Assembly (NCBI GenBank): GCA_012842495.1 | Contig: DUSS01000017.1 | Coordinates: 251-64,250, forward strand | DNA length: 64,000 bases | DNA from: Candidatus Fermentithermobacillaceae bacterium | GTDB lineage: Bacteria; Bacillota; Sulfobacillia; Fermentithermobacillales; DUSS01 | Direction: 5' to 3' | Position numbers and translations under genes: made by a program | Shown here: positions 48,592-58,639 of the stretch, in pieces | Layout of the letters: each line of letters starts with the position of its first letter | How positions within the stretch are numbered: the stretch's first letter is position 1 | Notes under the pieces: generated by a model | Told to the model about the DNA's origin: nothing | The model's database searches: none | The model's input: the letters and a program-made list of their open reading frames with translations, nothing else

Positions 48592-48924
48592 GTGTCCAGG
48601 ATGACCATTCAAGCTTTCGTGATCCTGGCGGTTCTCATCGAGGCGTTCACCGGGTTGATCAAGACCCTCCTTCAAAACTTCGGGGTCGTCCTGAAGGATT
48701 GGATGGACCAGCTTATCAGCTTGGTCCTGGCCGTCGCGGTGGCGGCCGGTGGGAAGGTGGACTTCTTCGTGGTGCTGTCTCAGGTCTTACCCATCAACTT
48801 CGGCTTGCCTCCCGTCGTGGGCATAGTACTTTCCGCTGTGGTTCTGGCGAGGGGCAGCAACGCCGTGCACGACCTCCTGAAAAAACTGAATCCGTCTAAG
48901 GAGGGCAGCCTGCGGATATGGTGA
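48592..48924 (+). CDS. Small hypothetical membrane protein (110 aa, about 3 TM)
   Basis: Hydrophobic segments AFVILAVLIEAF, LISLVLAVAVAAGG and VVGIVLSAVVLA. No family recognised. Confidence 0.35.
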   Translation: MSRMTIQAFVILAVLIEAFTGLIKTLLQNFGVVLKDWMDQLISLVLAVAVAAGGKVDFFVVLSQVLPINFGLPPVVGIVLSAVVLARGSNAVHDLLKKLNPSKEGSLRIW

Positions 48925-49067
48925 AGGTGAGCGTTGTGGCTGCCAGTTCCTGACCACCATCGATAGCAGACTCCGGAGCTCCCACATAACCTTTCTCATC
49001 TTTCCCGGGGCGGCCGTCACGGGGTTCATATCATTCCCTTGACCGCCCCGCTGTCGTGTTGCACCAG

Positions 49068-49123
49068 TTGCATTTGCTAACAGGAAACCTATAATAGGAG
49101 TAGAGTTAGGTCGCCCTAACTCT
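49068..49123 (+). promoter_or_regulatory. Sigma-A-like promoter (TTGCAT-16-TATAAT) followed by a perfect 9-bp palindrome AGAGTTAGG-tcgc-CCTAACTCT resembling a DtxR/IdeR-type iron box, upstream of feoB
   Basis: -35 at 49068-49073, -10 at 49090-49095, palindrome at 49102-49123 overlapping the predicted +1. About 50 nt upstream of the feoB ATG. Confidence 0.4.
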
Positions 49124-49170
49124 GCAGTAGACGACTTCTGATCTGCAAAAAGGCAATCGGAGAGAACCGG

Positions 49171-51276
49171 ATGAGTCGTTCGATGTACCCTGTCATTAAT
49201 GGATGTTTGTTAGAAATAGAAAGCTGCGGTGGGTGCGATAAAGCTGTTGCCGATTCGGTGACACGAGGGGGGTGGAGAACGGTGGAGCTCGCAACGAGCT
49301 ATGGTGTTACGAACCCGGTCCGATTGCCCCGGACGATCGCGTTGGTCGGGCAGCCGAACGTGGGTAAGAGTGTGGTAATGAATGCCCTTACCGGAACCAG
49401 AGCTTTCGTTTCGAATTATCCCGGCACCACCGTCGAGCTCACCGAGGGAACCCTCGTGTTTGGCGAGAAACGCATAAAGGTCATAGACACGCCCGGAACC
49501 TATAGCCTTCATTCGGATACCGAGGATCAGAGGGTGACTCAGCGGGTGCTTCTGGAAGGCGGGGTAGACCTCATCATCAACGTAATCGACGCGGCAAACC
49601 TCGCGAGGAATCTCTATCTAACCCTTCAACTCCTCGATTTAGGGATACCGCTGGTAGTGGCCCTGAATCAGGTGGACAGAGCGAAAGCCGCCGGACTCGA
49701 GATAGATGCGAAGAAGCTCGAGGATATCCTCGGGGTTCCGGTCGTGCCGGTCGTTGCCACAAAGTGTGAAGGGCTTCGGGAGCTTGTATCCAGCATCTGG
49801 CGAGGGCGGGTGGGCAAACCCATTAGATTTTCAGACCAGGTGGAAGAAGTCATAGGGCACCTGGAGCGGGAGATCGAGAAGGTCGTCCCGGAAGTGAGGG
49901 GAAGGCGGAGATCTCACGCCCCCCGAGCTCTGGCGATTCACCTCATGGAGCACGACCGCGTGGACGAGGATCTGTTTGAAGCTTATCCCGAGCTTCGTGC
50001 ACTGGTGGAGAGGCTTCAGCGGCAGGTGGGGGCGGGGGCCGTGTGCTCCCGGTGCTACCGGTCGTGCGCCTTTTGCCCGGCCCGAGACGAAGAGCACCCT
50101 TCGTTTCCCACGTGCCTGGAACGTACCGCTCAAGCCCGGGCCATCGCTTCCCAAGTGACCTCTGTCCGGGCTACCAGGACTATGCCGGGGGCCTTGCGAG
50201 GCCGGACGGTAGAGGACTTGTTGGATACACCAACAGCGGGCCTTGTCATCACCGGATTAACTGCCTACTTCTCTTACAAAGTCGTCGTATTGGTGATGGA
50301 CCTTTTCGATAGACTGGTGACCATCGCGACAAGTCCACTTCTCCAGTGGATAACATCGCTGGCTGGGCATTTTCCCGAGGGGAGCTTCGCCGGTCTTTTT
50401 CTCACATCTTTGCCGGAAGGACTCGTGCTTCCCTTTTCCGTAGTGTTTCCGGCGATGTTCACCATCTACATGCTCATGGGGTTCCTCGAAGATACCGGAC
50501 TCTTGCCCAGGATCGCGGTGACGTTGCACCGGGTCACGTCGTTCCTGGGGGTGCCGGGTCAAGCTGTGGTTCCGCTGATCTTGGGATTTGGATGCCGGGC
50601 TCCGGCGGTTTTGGCCACAAGGAGTTTGCCCGATAGGCGGTCCCGCTTTATCGTGTCAACGCTTCTTTCCATGGCGGTGCCGTGCGCCGCCAGCCTGGCC
50701 ATCATCACAGGCGTGTCCCAGGTATTCGACGTGAACCTTCTGGTCGTGTATGGCGTGGTCGCGGCGGTGTTCACCGGCACCGGTGTCATCTTGGGGAGAC
50801 TGTTTCGGGGCGAAGGGGAGTTCGTTCTAGAGGTGCCTCCCCTGAGATGGCCATCCTTTTCCAACGTGTGGCGGAAGAGCCGGGTCAGGATGAGCGGGTT
50901 TTTCCTTCACGTCCTTCCCCTTCTTATGGGTGTGAGCGTGATCTTGCGCTACCTGGTGTCCGGGGGATACCTGAGCTTTCTTTCGGCGCTGGGCCCAGTA
51001 ACCTCCCGGCTCTTCGGAGTAAGAGGCGAAGTGTTCGCGGCGGTGGCCATGACCGTAGTCCAGAGATACCTTGCTCCTATGGTGTTGCTGAACCTGCCCC
51101 TGAGCCCAAGGGAAGCTACGATCGCCGTGAGCATGGTGTCACTGTCCATGCCGTGTACGCCCGTTTCGGTTCTGCTAGTCAAGGAAATGGGGTGGAGGAC
51201 TGCAATCTTCATTTTGATCCTGGCCCTGGGCGTCTCGCTGGGAGTCGGGCTCGCCTTGAACCTGGTACTTCCGTGA
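49171..51276 (+). CDS. feoB: Ferrous iron transporter FeoB, with an unusual roughly 50-aa Cys-containing N-terminal extension
   Basis: G-domain IALVGQPNVGKS, DTPG and NQVD motifs, then a polytopic membrane domain. The extension reads CLLEIESCGGCDK. GGAGAG RBS. Alternative GTG start at 49282. Confidence 0.85.
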   Translation: MSRSMYPVINGCLLEIESCGGCDKAVADSVTRGGWRTVELATSYGVTNPVRLPRTIALVGQPNVGKSVVMNALTGTRAFVSNYPGTTVELTEGTLVFGEKRIKVIDTPGTYSLHSDTEDQRVTQRVLLEGGVDLIINVIDAANLARNLYLTLQLLDLGIPLVVALNQVDRAKAAGLEIDAKKLEDILGVPVVPVVATKCEGLRELVSSIWRGRVGKPIRFSDQVEEVIGHLEREIEKVVPEVRGRRRSHAPRALAIHLMEHDRVDEDLFEAYPELRALVERLQRQVGAGAVCSRCYRSCAFCPARDEEHPSFPTCLERTAQARAIASQVTSVRATRTMPGALRGRTVEDLLDTPTAGLVITGLTAYFSYKVVVLVMDLFDRLVTIATSPLLQWITSLAGHFPEGSFAGLFLTSLPEGLVLPFSVVFPAMFTIYMLMGFLEDTGLLPRIAVTLHRVTSFLGVPGQAVVPLILGFGCRAPAVLATRSLPDRRSRFIVSTLLSMAVPCAASLAIITGVSQVFDVNLLVVYGVVAAVFTGTGVILGRLFRGEGEFVLEVPPLRWPSFSNVWRKSRVRMSGFFLHVLPLLMGVSVILRYLVSGGYLSFLSALGPVTSRLFGVRGEVFAAVAMTVVQRYLAPMVLLNLPLSPREATIAVSMVSLSMPCTPVSVLLVKEMGWRTAIFILILALGVSLGVGLALNLVLP

Positions 51277-51488
51277 GCTTAGCGGCGGATTGGAGGGATG
51301 TCCAGATAGCTGGTGGGCCGGTGTCAGCAAGTTGGTTTCACCGGTGTCCGGTCAGCGCCGGAACTGAGGTCCCACGGATCGGGCTTTTATGGCGATTTAA
51401 AGTCAGGGACTTTCAGCTGGAACGATCGTAATCGAGAGGAGACAGTTCAACCGAACCTGATGAACATAGGTTGGGTACGGAGGGCGAT

Positions 51489-51749
51489 ATGTGGGCAAAG
51501 GCGGAATTGAGTCTCACGGACCTGAAACCCGGCGACACGGCCGAGGTTATATCCATACGTAAGGGAAAGCGAGCGCAGATGCGTCTTCTCGAGCTGGGCA
51601 TAACTCCCGGCACCCGAATTACCGTGGTGGCGGCCCATCCCCTGAGAGGACCGGTGGTGGTCCGGGTCGGGATGTTAGAAGTGGCTCTGGGCTGGGGACT
51701 GGCTTCGTCCGTGCGGGTCAGACGGTCTTCGCAGGCAGGCCATCTTTGA
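51489..51749 (+). CDS. feoA: FeoA domain protein, downstream of feoB
   Basis: LKPGDTAEVISI...RLLELGITPGTRITVV...PLRGPVVVRVG are FeoA SH3-like blocks. The start is taken as the ATG giving MWAKAE. Confidence 0.6.
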   Translation: MWAKAELSLTDLKPGDTAEVISIRKGKRAQMRLLELGITPGTRITVVAAHPLRGPVVVRVGMLEVALGWGLASSVRVRRSSQAGHL

Positions 51750-51829
51750 GGCATCAGGAAATGCATAAGGAAAGGGATCAGGAAAGGCGTTAGGAAAGGC
51801 GTTCGAAAGTTACCGGCAAGGGGAGGGCG

Positions 51830-52846
51830 TCATAACACAGTTCCAAGCACGCTCACCAGCATTCCAGCGAGGAATCCCGCTACTACCAGCAAGATTGCGA
51901 TTCCCACCGGGTCCGCCTTGCTCTTGGACTCTTTGAACAAGACAGCCAGGGCTACTCCGGCGTTAGATGAAAGCCCCGCAACTGTCGCGGAAAACGAGAG
52001 CATCCCGCGCTGAAAGCCGTCTGCTATCGCCACCGATGTGGCGCAGGATGGAAAAAGTCCTACTAGAGCAGCGATGAGATTCTGCCACCATCCGGTTCCT
52101 ACCAACACATGCGTAAGCTTTTCCTGACCCAGGTGCCCTACGATGTGCAAGATCAGGGAAAAGGCGAGGATCATGAGACCTACCCTTACAGTTCGGGCGA
52201 GGGCGTGGGCAAACACATCCTTCCGGGAATGTGCCGGTTTCTGGCAGGCAGTGGGAACGGGTGAGGATTGGGTACTCGGCCCGGCTAGGGCGTGGTTGTC
52301 TTGTCTATGCAAGGTGGTGGGAACAGCTGGACACCTACCTTTAAGTTCCGTCTTCATACCCACCGGCTGCCAGGCCTGTACCTGTTCCACTGCACCGTTG
52401 GGGTCGCCGGTCGTGCGCCGGTGAACCGTTTTGCCCGCCTGCCCCGCTAGATTCAGGGCGACACCGGCTACCGCGCCCCACACGAATTTCGTGAGCAGCA
52501 AGGGTACCACCCAGCCGATGGACTCTTTCCTCGAGAGTAATATGGGTAGCGCTTCGTCGGAGGTGGCGATATAACTGGCGATGAGCGTTCCCCGGGGGAT
52601 GAGGCCATCGAGGTACATAACCGTCGCCGCGCTCGCGAATCCGCATTGGGGTAAGAGACCCAGAGCGGATGCTGTGATAGCTCCTGCGATTGGATGGCCG
52701 GACAGTCTTCGGAGAGATTCGAGTCTCCGCCCGTGCGCGACAAACTCTACGAAGAGGTATGCGGCAAAAAGCACCGGAAGCATGGATGCGGTGTGGGTCG
52801 CGGACTCGATCAAGATTTCCAAAGAGTGAGACAGAACGTCTCCCAC
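51830..52846 (-). CDS. Two-repeat permease (DUF318/YraQ/ArsP-like) with conserved Cys in each repeat
   Basis: Two hydrophobic repeats containing LLPQCGFASAAT and LFPSCATSVAIA, separated by a hydrophilic loop. The start is proposed as the GTG at 52846 with GGAGG 8 nt upstream; the ORF track extends to 53017. Confidence 0.5.
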   Translation of the reverse strand: MGDVLSHSLEILIESATHTASMLPVLFAAYLFVEFVAHGRRLESLRRLSGHPIAGAITASALGLLPQCGFASAATVMYLDGLIPRGTLIASYIATSDEALPILLSRKESIGWVVPLLLTKFVWGAVAGVALNLAGQAGKTVHRRTTGDPNGAVEQVQAWQPVGMKTELKGRCPAVPTTLHRQDNHALAGPSTQSSPVPTACQKPAHSRKDVFAHALARTVRVGLMILAFSLILHIVGHLGQEKLTHVLVGTGWWQNLIAALVGLFPSCATSVAIADGFQRGMLSFSATVAGLSSNAGVALAVLFKESKSKADPVGIAILLVVAGFLAGMLVSVLGTVL

Positions 52847-53213
52847 AGAGCTCGCCTCCGAATCTTTGGTGCCGGTTTCTCTCCTTAAAGAGTATATCCC
52901 TAAATCAAAAGGAAATAGGGAAGAAGGGTCAACCGGCCACCTACCCGTCGAATTCTCGACTTCCGCGGTCAGACCCCCATCGTTTAGGGCTTTCACGGCG
53001 CTATCTTTATAGGCCATTTCTTCGAGACCACGTTCGCGTAGAATATTTCTGGTTTCCTGGTCCTCTCCGGTATTGAACAGACATAAGAACGGTAAAACGG
53101 GACCGCCGGGGTTTAGAAAGAAGGATAGGTTCGGATTCGAAGAGAACGCCTTTTACGAGGCAGAAGCCTATTCCAAAATCGAGAGAGATGTATTAAACGG
53201 GCAGGGATCTTTA

Positions 53214-53759
53214 ATGAAGACGAGGTCACTGGTTCTTGCAGCGCTTTGCGCAGCACTCATTGGGGTTTTGGCCCAGGTCGCAGTTCCGGTTCCGTTTTCC
53301 CCGGTCCCCTTCACAGGTCAGATGCTCGGAGTATTCTTGACCGGGGCTGTGCTGGGCAGGAAACTGGGTGTGATATCCGTTCTGACGTACGTCCTCCTGG
53401 GTGTTCTCGGCCTCCCCGTCTTTGCCCGAGGTATGAGCGGCGTAAGCGTGCTTCTGGGACCTAGTGGGGGCTACCTCGTGGGGTTTGTGGCGGGGGTATA
53501 CGTGCTTGGATTCGTAGTGGAACGGGGAACGGAAGGTGAGCGCGGATACCTACGCTCCGCCGCAGGAATGCTCCTCTGCCTGATAATAACGTATCTTTTC
53601 GGTCTCGTGCAGCTCAGCTTGGTTATGAACCTCTCCTTCAAAGAGGCTCTCCTGGTAGGAGCTGTCCCATTTATCCCGGTCGATGTGGTCAAGGCTCTTC
53701 TCGCGGCCCGGCTGGCTGTGCCGGTGAGAAAGGCACTCCGGTCAGCGGGTATGTTGTAA
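53214..53759 (+). CDS. bioY: BioY family biotin transporter S-component
   Basis: VPVPFSPVPFTGQMLGVFLTGAVLG...GLPVFARG...LLGPSGGYLVGF are BioY blocks. ATG at 53214. Confidence 0.75.
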   Translation: MKTRSLVLAALCAALIGVLAQVAVPVPFSPVPFTGQMLGVFLTGAVLGRKLGVISVLTYVLLGVLGLPVFARGMSGVSVLLGPSGGYLVGFVAGVYVLGFVVERGTEGERGYLRSAAGMLLCLIITYLFGLVQLSLVMNLSFKEALLVGAVPFIPVDVVKALLAARLAVPVRKALRSAGML

Positions 53760-53877
53760 GCTTCTCCGCCGACGCAGGCTGCTCGTTTCTACCAGTACTT
53801 GGGATCCAATGCTTCGGTGCCATCGAGAGTTCGGGTGTCACTGAACCTGGTTCCAACCTATTTCCCATCCATGATTT

Positions 53878-55290
53878 TCAGGTTCTCTCCAAGATCAAAA
53901 TTCTATCTATTTTCGTGGCGCGCCCACGCTCTGCGCCCCAAATTTTTGTCACTTTTTTGCCCTCATCGATATTGTCTGCAATGATGCCGAGTTTTCGGTA
54001 ACCGCCCAGTGGTCTTGCAGATTGCTCCCACACTGCCGCAGCCAGATTAATCTCTCCTACGTCCCCAATTACCCACGCGCTTATCGACTTTGGAGCCATC
54101 ACCTGCAATACTGCTTCCAGCGACTCACGCATAAATTTGAGGTAGCTTTCAAGATCATGATGCCCGTCATCCAGCACAGCATCTACGATTTTCTCCAGCG
54201 ATTTTTCCCTATGGCCGTCCTGGCCTGGGACACTTTCCTGTTCTTCCAGAAACCACAGTCTGATCCAATTGTACTGGCCGTATTTGACCACACCGAGATA
54301 CGGTGGTGAAGATACGAGCAGCTTCGGTTTCTGTCCAGCGGAATCGAGAAAAGGCTCGAGTACACCGGGTAAATCCCTGATGTCACAGGAAAACGCAGCG
54401 CCCTGAACGTAACCGGCAGGTAAAGGATCAATCAGGGCCATTTTCCGGCGCAGGCAATCGAACACGTTCTTTTCAGGAAGGATGAGCATGTTCTTATATG
54501 AATATGCCAATACGTACCTTGGGGTCATGCTGAACGTATTCGGCATTGGAAGAGAGAGGTAATGCTTGCCTCGCCCGTGCATGATTCCCAAAACCAAGGC
54601 CTTGATGAATTCGTCTTCTGGCTGACTTCCCAGGCTGCGCTTTAAGTAGACGAGCTGTCTTAATGTCTCTGGATGGTAAAAAAGCCAGATCTTATGATGA
54701 AAGGATTCCTCATAACCGATATCTTTGGCGCTTTTTTCTCTAAAGTCATAGTCCTGGCTCGTAAAGTATGGCATGTTAGGGTCACAGCGAACGTACAGTT
54801 CTCTCAATTCGCGAATGAGTACCATGAGATGCTCCCATGCTGCCCGGTCAAGCCCCGGGTTTCCCGATGGCTTACTCTGCTGAATTTCTGCGGCATCCTT
54901 GGAAAGCTCCCTGTATGAGTCCAAGAGGTACTTTGCTTCGGAGAGTGGCTCATACCCTTCTTCCAACTGCTGCAGGCGCGAGAGAACGCGGTCGTACGCC
55001 GGAACTCGTATTTTGGCCCTGGTTAAGTAATAGGCCACGGGATTCAAATCGTTTCCAACGCCAATTCGACCGCTCAAACACGCCTCAAGTGGGGTTGTTC
55101 CCCTTCCACAGAACGGATCGAGCACCATGTCTCCTGGTCGGGTGCATTTCTCGATGAAGTAACGGGGTATGGATGGCGGGAACATTGCCATATAGCTGCA
55201 GATGGAGTGAAGCCTATGCGCTTGACTCCGGGTACTGTGTTTCCATCCATTGACAAATTCCAATGGTCTGACACCCCCACAAATGAGCAA
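53878..55290 (-). CDS. DNA methyltransferase (N6-adenine/N4-cytosine amino-MTase, alpha-type motif order), no restriction partner evident
   Basis: SAM motif DPFCGRGTT near the N-terminus, a long middle region, then catalytic SPPY (LLVSSPPYLGV). The gene is visibly AT-richer than its flanks. Confidence 0.7.
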   Translation of the reverse strand: MLICGGVRPLEFVNGWKHSTRSQAHRLHSICSYMAMFPPSIPRYFIEKCTRPGDMVLDPFCGRGTTPLEACLSGRIGVGNDLNPVAYYLTRAKIRVPAYDRVLSRLQQLEEGYEPLSEAKYLLDSYRELSKDAAEIQQSKPSGNPGLDRAAWEHLMVLIRELRELYVRCDPNMPYFTSQDYDFREKSAKDIGYEESFHHKIWLFYHPETLRQLVYLKRSLGSQPEDEFIKALVLGIMHGRGKHYLSLPMPNTFSMTPRYVLAYSYKNMLILPEKNVFDCLRRKMALIDPLPAGYVQGAAFSCDIRDLPGVLEPFLDSAGQKPKLLVSSPPYLGVVKYGQYNWIRLWFLEEQESVPGQDGHREKSLEKIVDAVLDDGHHDLESYLKFMRESLEAVLQVMAPKSISAWVIGDVGEINLAAAVWEQSARPLGGYRKLGIIADNIDEGKKVTKIWGAERGRATKIDRILILERT

Positions 55291-55299
55291 TTCGATATT

Positions 55300-55930
55300 C
55301 GAGACATGGTTCCTCGCCGGGAGAGGAGGGACAGGACATAAGTCGCGCCAACCCGAGGCAAGCCAGATTGCTAAAAACCTGGGCAGATAGAGCCTGCCAT
55401 GCTAAATGAATGGATTGACGAGGATTAGTAGCTCTGACATGACTTTTAGTTTCTAACGCTCCTTCTGCTTGACACTGAGCTCCAGATATTCCCGAAGTAT
55501 AGTATCATTATCCGGGTCGGCATGCTCAGGAAGGCTGCGGGACTTCCTGAGCTCTGCCTGTTGTATGTAGTCCCTCCCTCCAGGCTTTTGTCATATCTTT
55601 GAAGGGGGCAGATGGTAGACCTATCAGCCATTGTAGTGACGGCCTTTAGTAATGCCTTGCGAGCCTCAAAGTCTTGCCACCTGGGTGGAATATCTCCGAG
55701 CTACCAGCCCCTCACCCCTGGATCATGGCACGTTTGGGCTATATAACGCCGCTTGAGGTCCTGCAAAAACTTTCCTGCGGCCAGAAGGTAGCAGACTAAC
55801 CGAGGGCGAATTCATATTCTAACCGGTGTTCAAAAAATCGGGTTTGGTGCACAGGTGTGCAACCGCGGCCCAGAGTATTTGATGCGAGCGCTCGTGCGCT
55901 TTTGGAGGAGTAGTGGCGGAAGGGGCGTAA
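55300..55930 (-). pseudogene. Decayed coding remnant(s) upstream of the MTase (for example ...QAELRKSRSLPEHADPDNDTILREYLELSVKQKER* without a start codon, in interrupted frames)
   Basis: Protein-like reading frames broken by frameshifts or stops, AT-richer composition and no intact ORF. Identity unknown; a degraded restriction enzyme or transposase gene is possible. Confidence 0.25.
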
Positions 55931-55939
55931 TCACAGAAT

Positions 55940-56644
55940 ATGAGTCGTGAGAGTCGGCTGACCGGTAAACAACTTGCCATGCTCCACCTAAAGAATAGTT
56001 CCGGAGCTGAAGCCGAGATACGCGAGATACGGCTGAGTGGGTTATCTCTGCCTGCCCGGTGGCTGGTTCGAGGTGACGAGTTCTTCCTTGAGCTTTTGTC
56101 GGATGTTTTTTCGCAGGATAGTTTGCTAGGTACCCAGGGTGCTGGCGCCAGCGTGGCGGTATTTCTTGACACCGGAATCCACACATTTGAGGCCAGGCTA
56201 AAGAGACAGGCTGACCCGCATCTTTTGAAAGTGACTATGGTAAGAGACGTTGAGGTAATGCAGAAGAGGAAGTGGGTGCGGGTACCCATAGAGCTGGCTG
56301 TGGTTTACAAAACACAGGGAGAGCAAGCAGCTGAAGCGCAGGGGCTTGCCAGAGACGTAAGCTGCGGTGGGATGAAGCTAATCGCGGAAGGCCGGCTTGA
56401 GGTGGGCTGCGGTCTGGGCGTGAAGTTTAGAGACGAGCCGTGGGCTTCGCTTGGAGAACTGGAGGGTAGGGTTGTCTGGGCGGGCAATTATGATGACAGA
56501 GCGTGTTATGGGATTGTCTTCGAAAGGGTTCCGCGGGCCAAGATAACTCTATTGATCGAGCTGCTATGCCGGGAGGCCAGGAGGCAGAGGGATTTGAGGC
56601 GGACGAGTAGCGCTGGCTCGGGGAATTCATCTGAAACACAATAG
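55940..56644 (+). CDS. PilZ domain protein (c-di-GMP-binding, YcgR-like two-domain architecture)
   Basis: RxxxR (QKRKWVR) followed by the D-x-S-x-G-G motif DVSCGGMKL about 30 aa downstream. Confidence 0.55.
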   Translation: MSRESRLTGKQLAMLHLKNSSGAEAEIREIRLSGLSLPARWLVRGDEFFLELLSDVFSQDSLLGTQGAGASVAVFLDTGIHTFEARLKRQADPHLLKVTMVRDVEVMQKRKWVRVPIELAVVYKTQGEQAAEAQGLARDVSCGGMKLIAEGRLEVGCGLGVKFRDEPWASLGELEGRVVWAGNYDDRACYGIVFERVPRAKITLLIELLCREARRQRDLRRTSSAGSGNSSETQ

Positions 56645-56734
56645 CCCGAGATCTCTCCTTTAAGCTGCAGACCGGGACGGTCTCATGCGTGAGAACCCGT
56701 TCAAGTAGTTTTCTCCAAAAGACGTGATATCGCG

Positions 56735-57124
56735 GTGGGCCCATACAGGCGTGAGGAGCGCAGCTCGGCCAAAGAGCTGATTGCCTCGGATACATCTGCC
56801 GCTATACTGGGACCGAGTGGAAGTGGAAAATCCACTCTCCTATATGTTCTGGGCATACTTGCGACGCCGACCTCGGGGCGGGTGCTGATAGACGGAAGGA
56901 ACGTGACAGTGCTGGACGATATCACGAGGTCGTCCCTGAGAAACAAGCACATCGGGTTCGTGTTTCAAAGCTACAACCTCCTTTCCGGGTTGACCGCGCT
57001 GGACAACGTCGCTCTTCCCATGAAGTACGCGGGGATAGGGCCCTGGTTGAGTCGCCTGCGGCAGATCGACGCTGGCGTCGCTGCCGACTACGGTCGAGAC
57101 TCTCATACTCAGGGTCGCCCGTAA
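56735..57124 (+). pseudogene. Truncated ABC transporter ATP-binding gene fragment (LolD/MacB-like N-terminal half only)
   Basis: Walker A GPSGSGKST and Q-loop region (HIGFVFQSYNLL...ALDNVALPM) are present. The signature, Walker B and the native N-terminus are absent. Confidence 0.55.
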
Positions 57125-57160
57125 AGGTGGCCTGTGATTTTCCTGCTACTTGCCGTTCTC

Positions 57161-57700
57161 CTAACGTTGCCTGTCGAAGTAGATGCTCTTTCCGGTCGCG
57201 CTCAGCGGAATCGCGATGGCCACGTCGTCGTCACACAACCCCATCCTCTTCGCCATGGAGCCGAGGCTCAGCATGATGCGGTTATCCACGTTCATAATTG
57301 AAGCGGTCTTGGCAGCAGATCCCAACGCGATACCCAGATCCACGAGCCTCCAGGCACAAACCGGCCCATTGGACCCGGTTCCCTTCCTTTTCCTGACTTC
57401 GTCACAATTGTCAAACCCGCACGTACCGCAGTTCATCCCCGCCGGCTCTGAATCTTTCAGGCCGATCAGGACTATCGCACCGGATTTCTTCATGTTGTTG
57501 GCGTCCCGCTCGAGATTGGGCCTGCCCGCAGCTTTTCCCATCTCCAACATCGCGTCAGCAAGCCGCTCGAGCTCCTCGCCCGAGATTATCCTCGTGCTTA
57601 TGTAGTCCTGGCCTCGCGTTTTCGGTGCCGTCCTGGCGGACACGCACATGAGCTGCGCCGTAAGCAGTACGCCCTGCAATTCTCCCGGGTCTATCTGCAT
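57161..57700 (-). CDS. DUF2148-like protein with a GMNCGTCGFDNCDE Cys motif (putative Fe-S or ferredoxin-like)
   Basis: A 179-aa ORF with a central CxxCxxxxC-containing block. Family assignment from memory, tentative. Confidence 0.45.
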   Translation of the reverse strand: MQIDPGELQGVLLTAQLMCVSARTAPKTRGQDYISTRIISGEELERLADAMLEMGKAAGRPNLERDANNMKKSGAIVLIGLKDSEPAGMNCGTCGFDNCDEVRKRKGTGSNGPVCAWRLVDLGIALGSAAKTASIMNVDNRIMLSLGSMAKRMGLCDDDVAIAIPLSATGKSIYFDRQR

Positions 57701-58057
57701 CGAACCCTATTCCTCCTTTTGCGATATCTCGGTTTGTTTGAGGAATTGGCCATACTGCGGGGTTGCTCCTTCCTGGCCATTTCTACGTAGCCTCCATGCG
57801 TGCCCGGGATCTTCTCCTCTTGAGCAAATTCCGATGCCACGGCGGCGACCGAACCGGGGTGAGGCCGGCCAGCCCCTCGCCGTTTCTCCAAAGTGCCCTC
57901 TCCATGCCGGAACTGAGGGCAGAAGTGAGGGGGCAGGGACAGGGTGTTCCAGGCTCTCCTCCGCAGGTTGCGAGCTTACGCCGAAAATGTTGGCCGCGCC
58001 TGTGGCGGAACCCGTCTACGGTCATCCCGGAAAAGCAATGATCATATATTCTTACAG

Positions 58058-58537
58058 TCATTGCCACAGGATACGAAACGCCATATATTGCATTAGTTCG
58101 TTCTGCAGGTTGAGCCACCAGTGCAAGGCCGTAACGCTCAGAAGATTCCGTGATCTGCTGTAGACGACCCCGAGAAACAGTCCTATTGCGAAGGAGCTGA
58201 AGAGGTTGATTATGGCAGCTTCCTCTGCCAGCGCGTTGGGTGCATTAAGGACAGCTCCAAAGTGAAAAAGAGAGAACGCGATGGAGGTTGCCACTATAGC
58301 TCGCTGAGTACTGACCATGTCAAAAAGCCACTTCCCGGTTATCTCGAAAAACGGGATGAGCGTAGCCCGGAAGAGAAGCTCCTCAACGACGTTGCTTTCG
58401 AGGAAGCGGAGAGAGACCCTAGACCATTCGGTCAAAGGATCTGATGCACGTACTGCGATTACTACAACTACACTAGCATTATAGGTCGCAAAGGCGGCCA
58501 ATGCCTTCCAGTATCGGTTGAGATCGGCGACGGCCAT
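58058..58537 (-). CDS. CPBP family intramembrane metalloprotease (CAAX protease / Abi domain), AT-richer than its flanks
   Basis: Motif 1 EELLFR, motif 2 FSLFHF and motif 3 HWWLN in hydrophobic helices. 159 aa; possibly N-terminally shortened. Confidence 0.7.
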   Translation of the reverse strand: MAVADLNRYWKALAAFATYNASVVVVIAVRASDPLTEWSRVSLRFLESNVVEELLFRATLIPFFEITGKWLFDMVSTQRAIVATSIAFSLFHFGAVLNAPNALAEEAAIINLFSSFAIGLFLGVVYSRSRNLLSVTALHWWLNLQNELMQYMAFRILWQ

Positions 58538-58639
58538 CGCCGGGCTGATGCTTATGCTGGTTTTGCCGACAACCAGGAAAAGGGTACAAGCAATCGGTCA
58601 GTGGAGCAACCCAAGCTGCGTTAGCTGGCCTGGAAGTTC

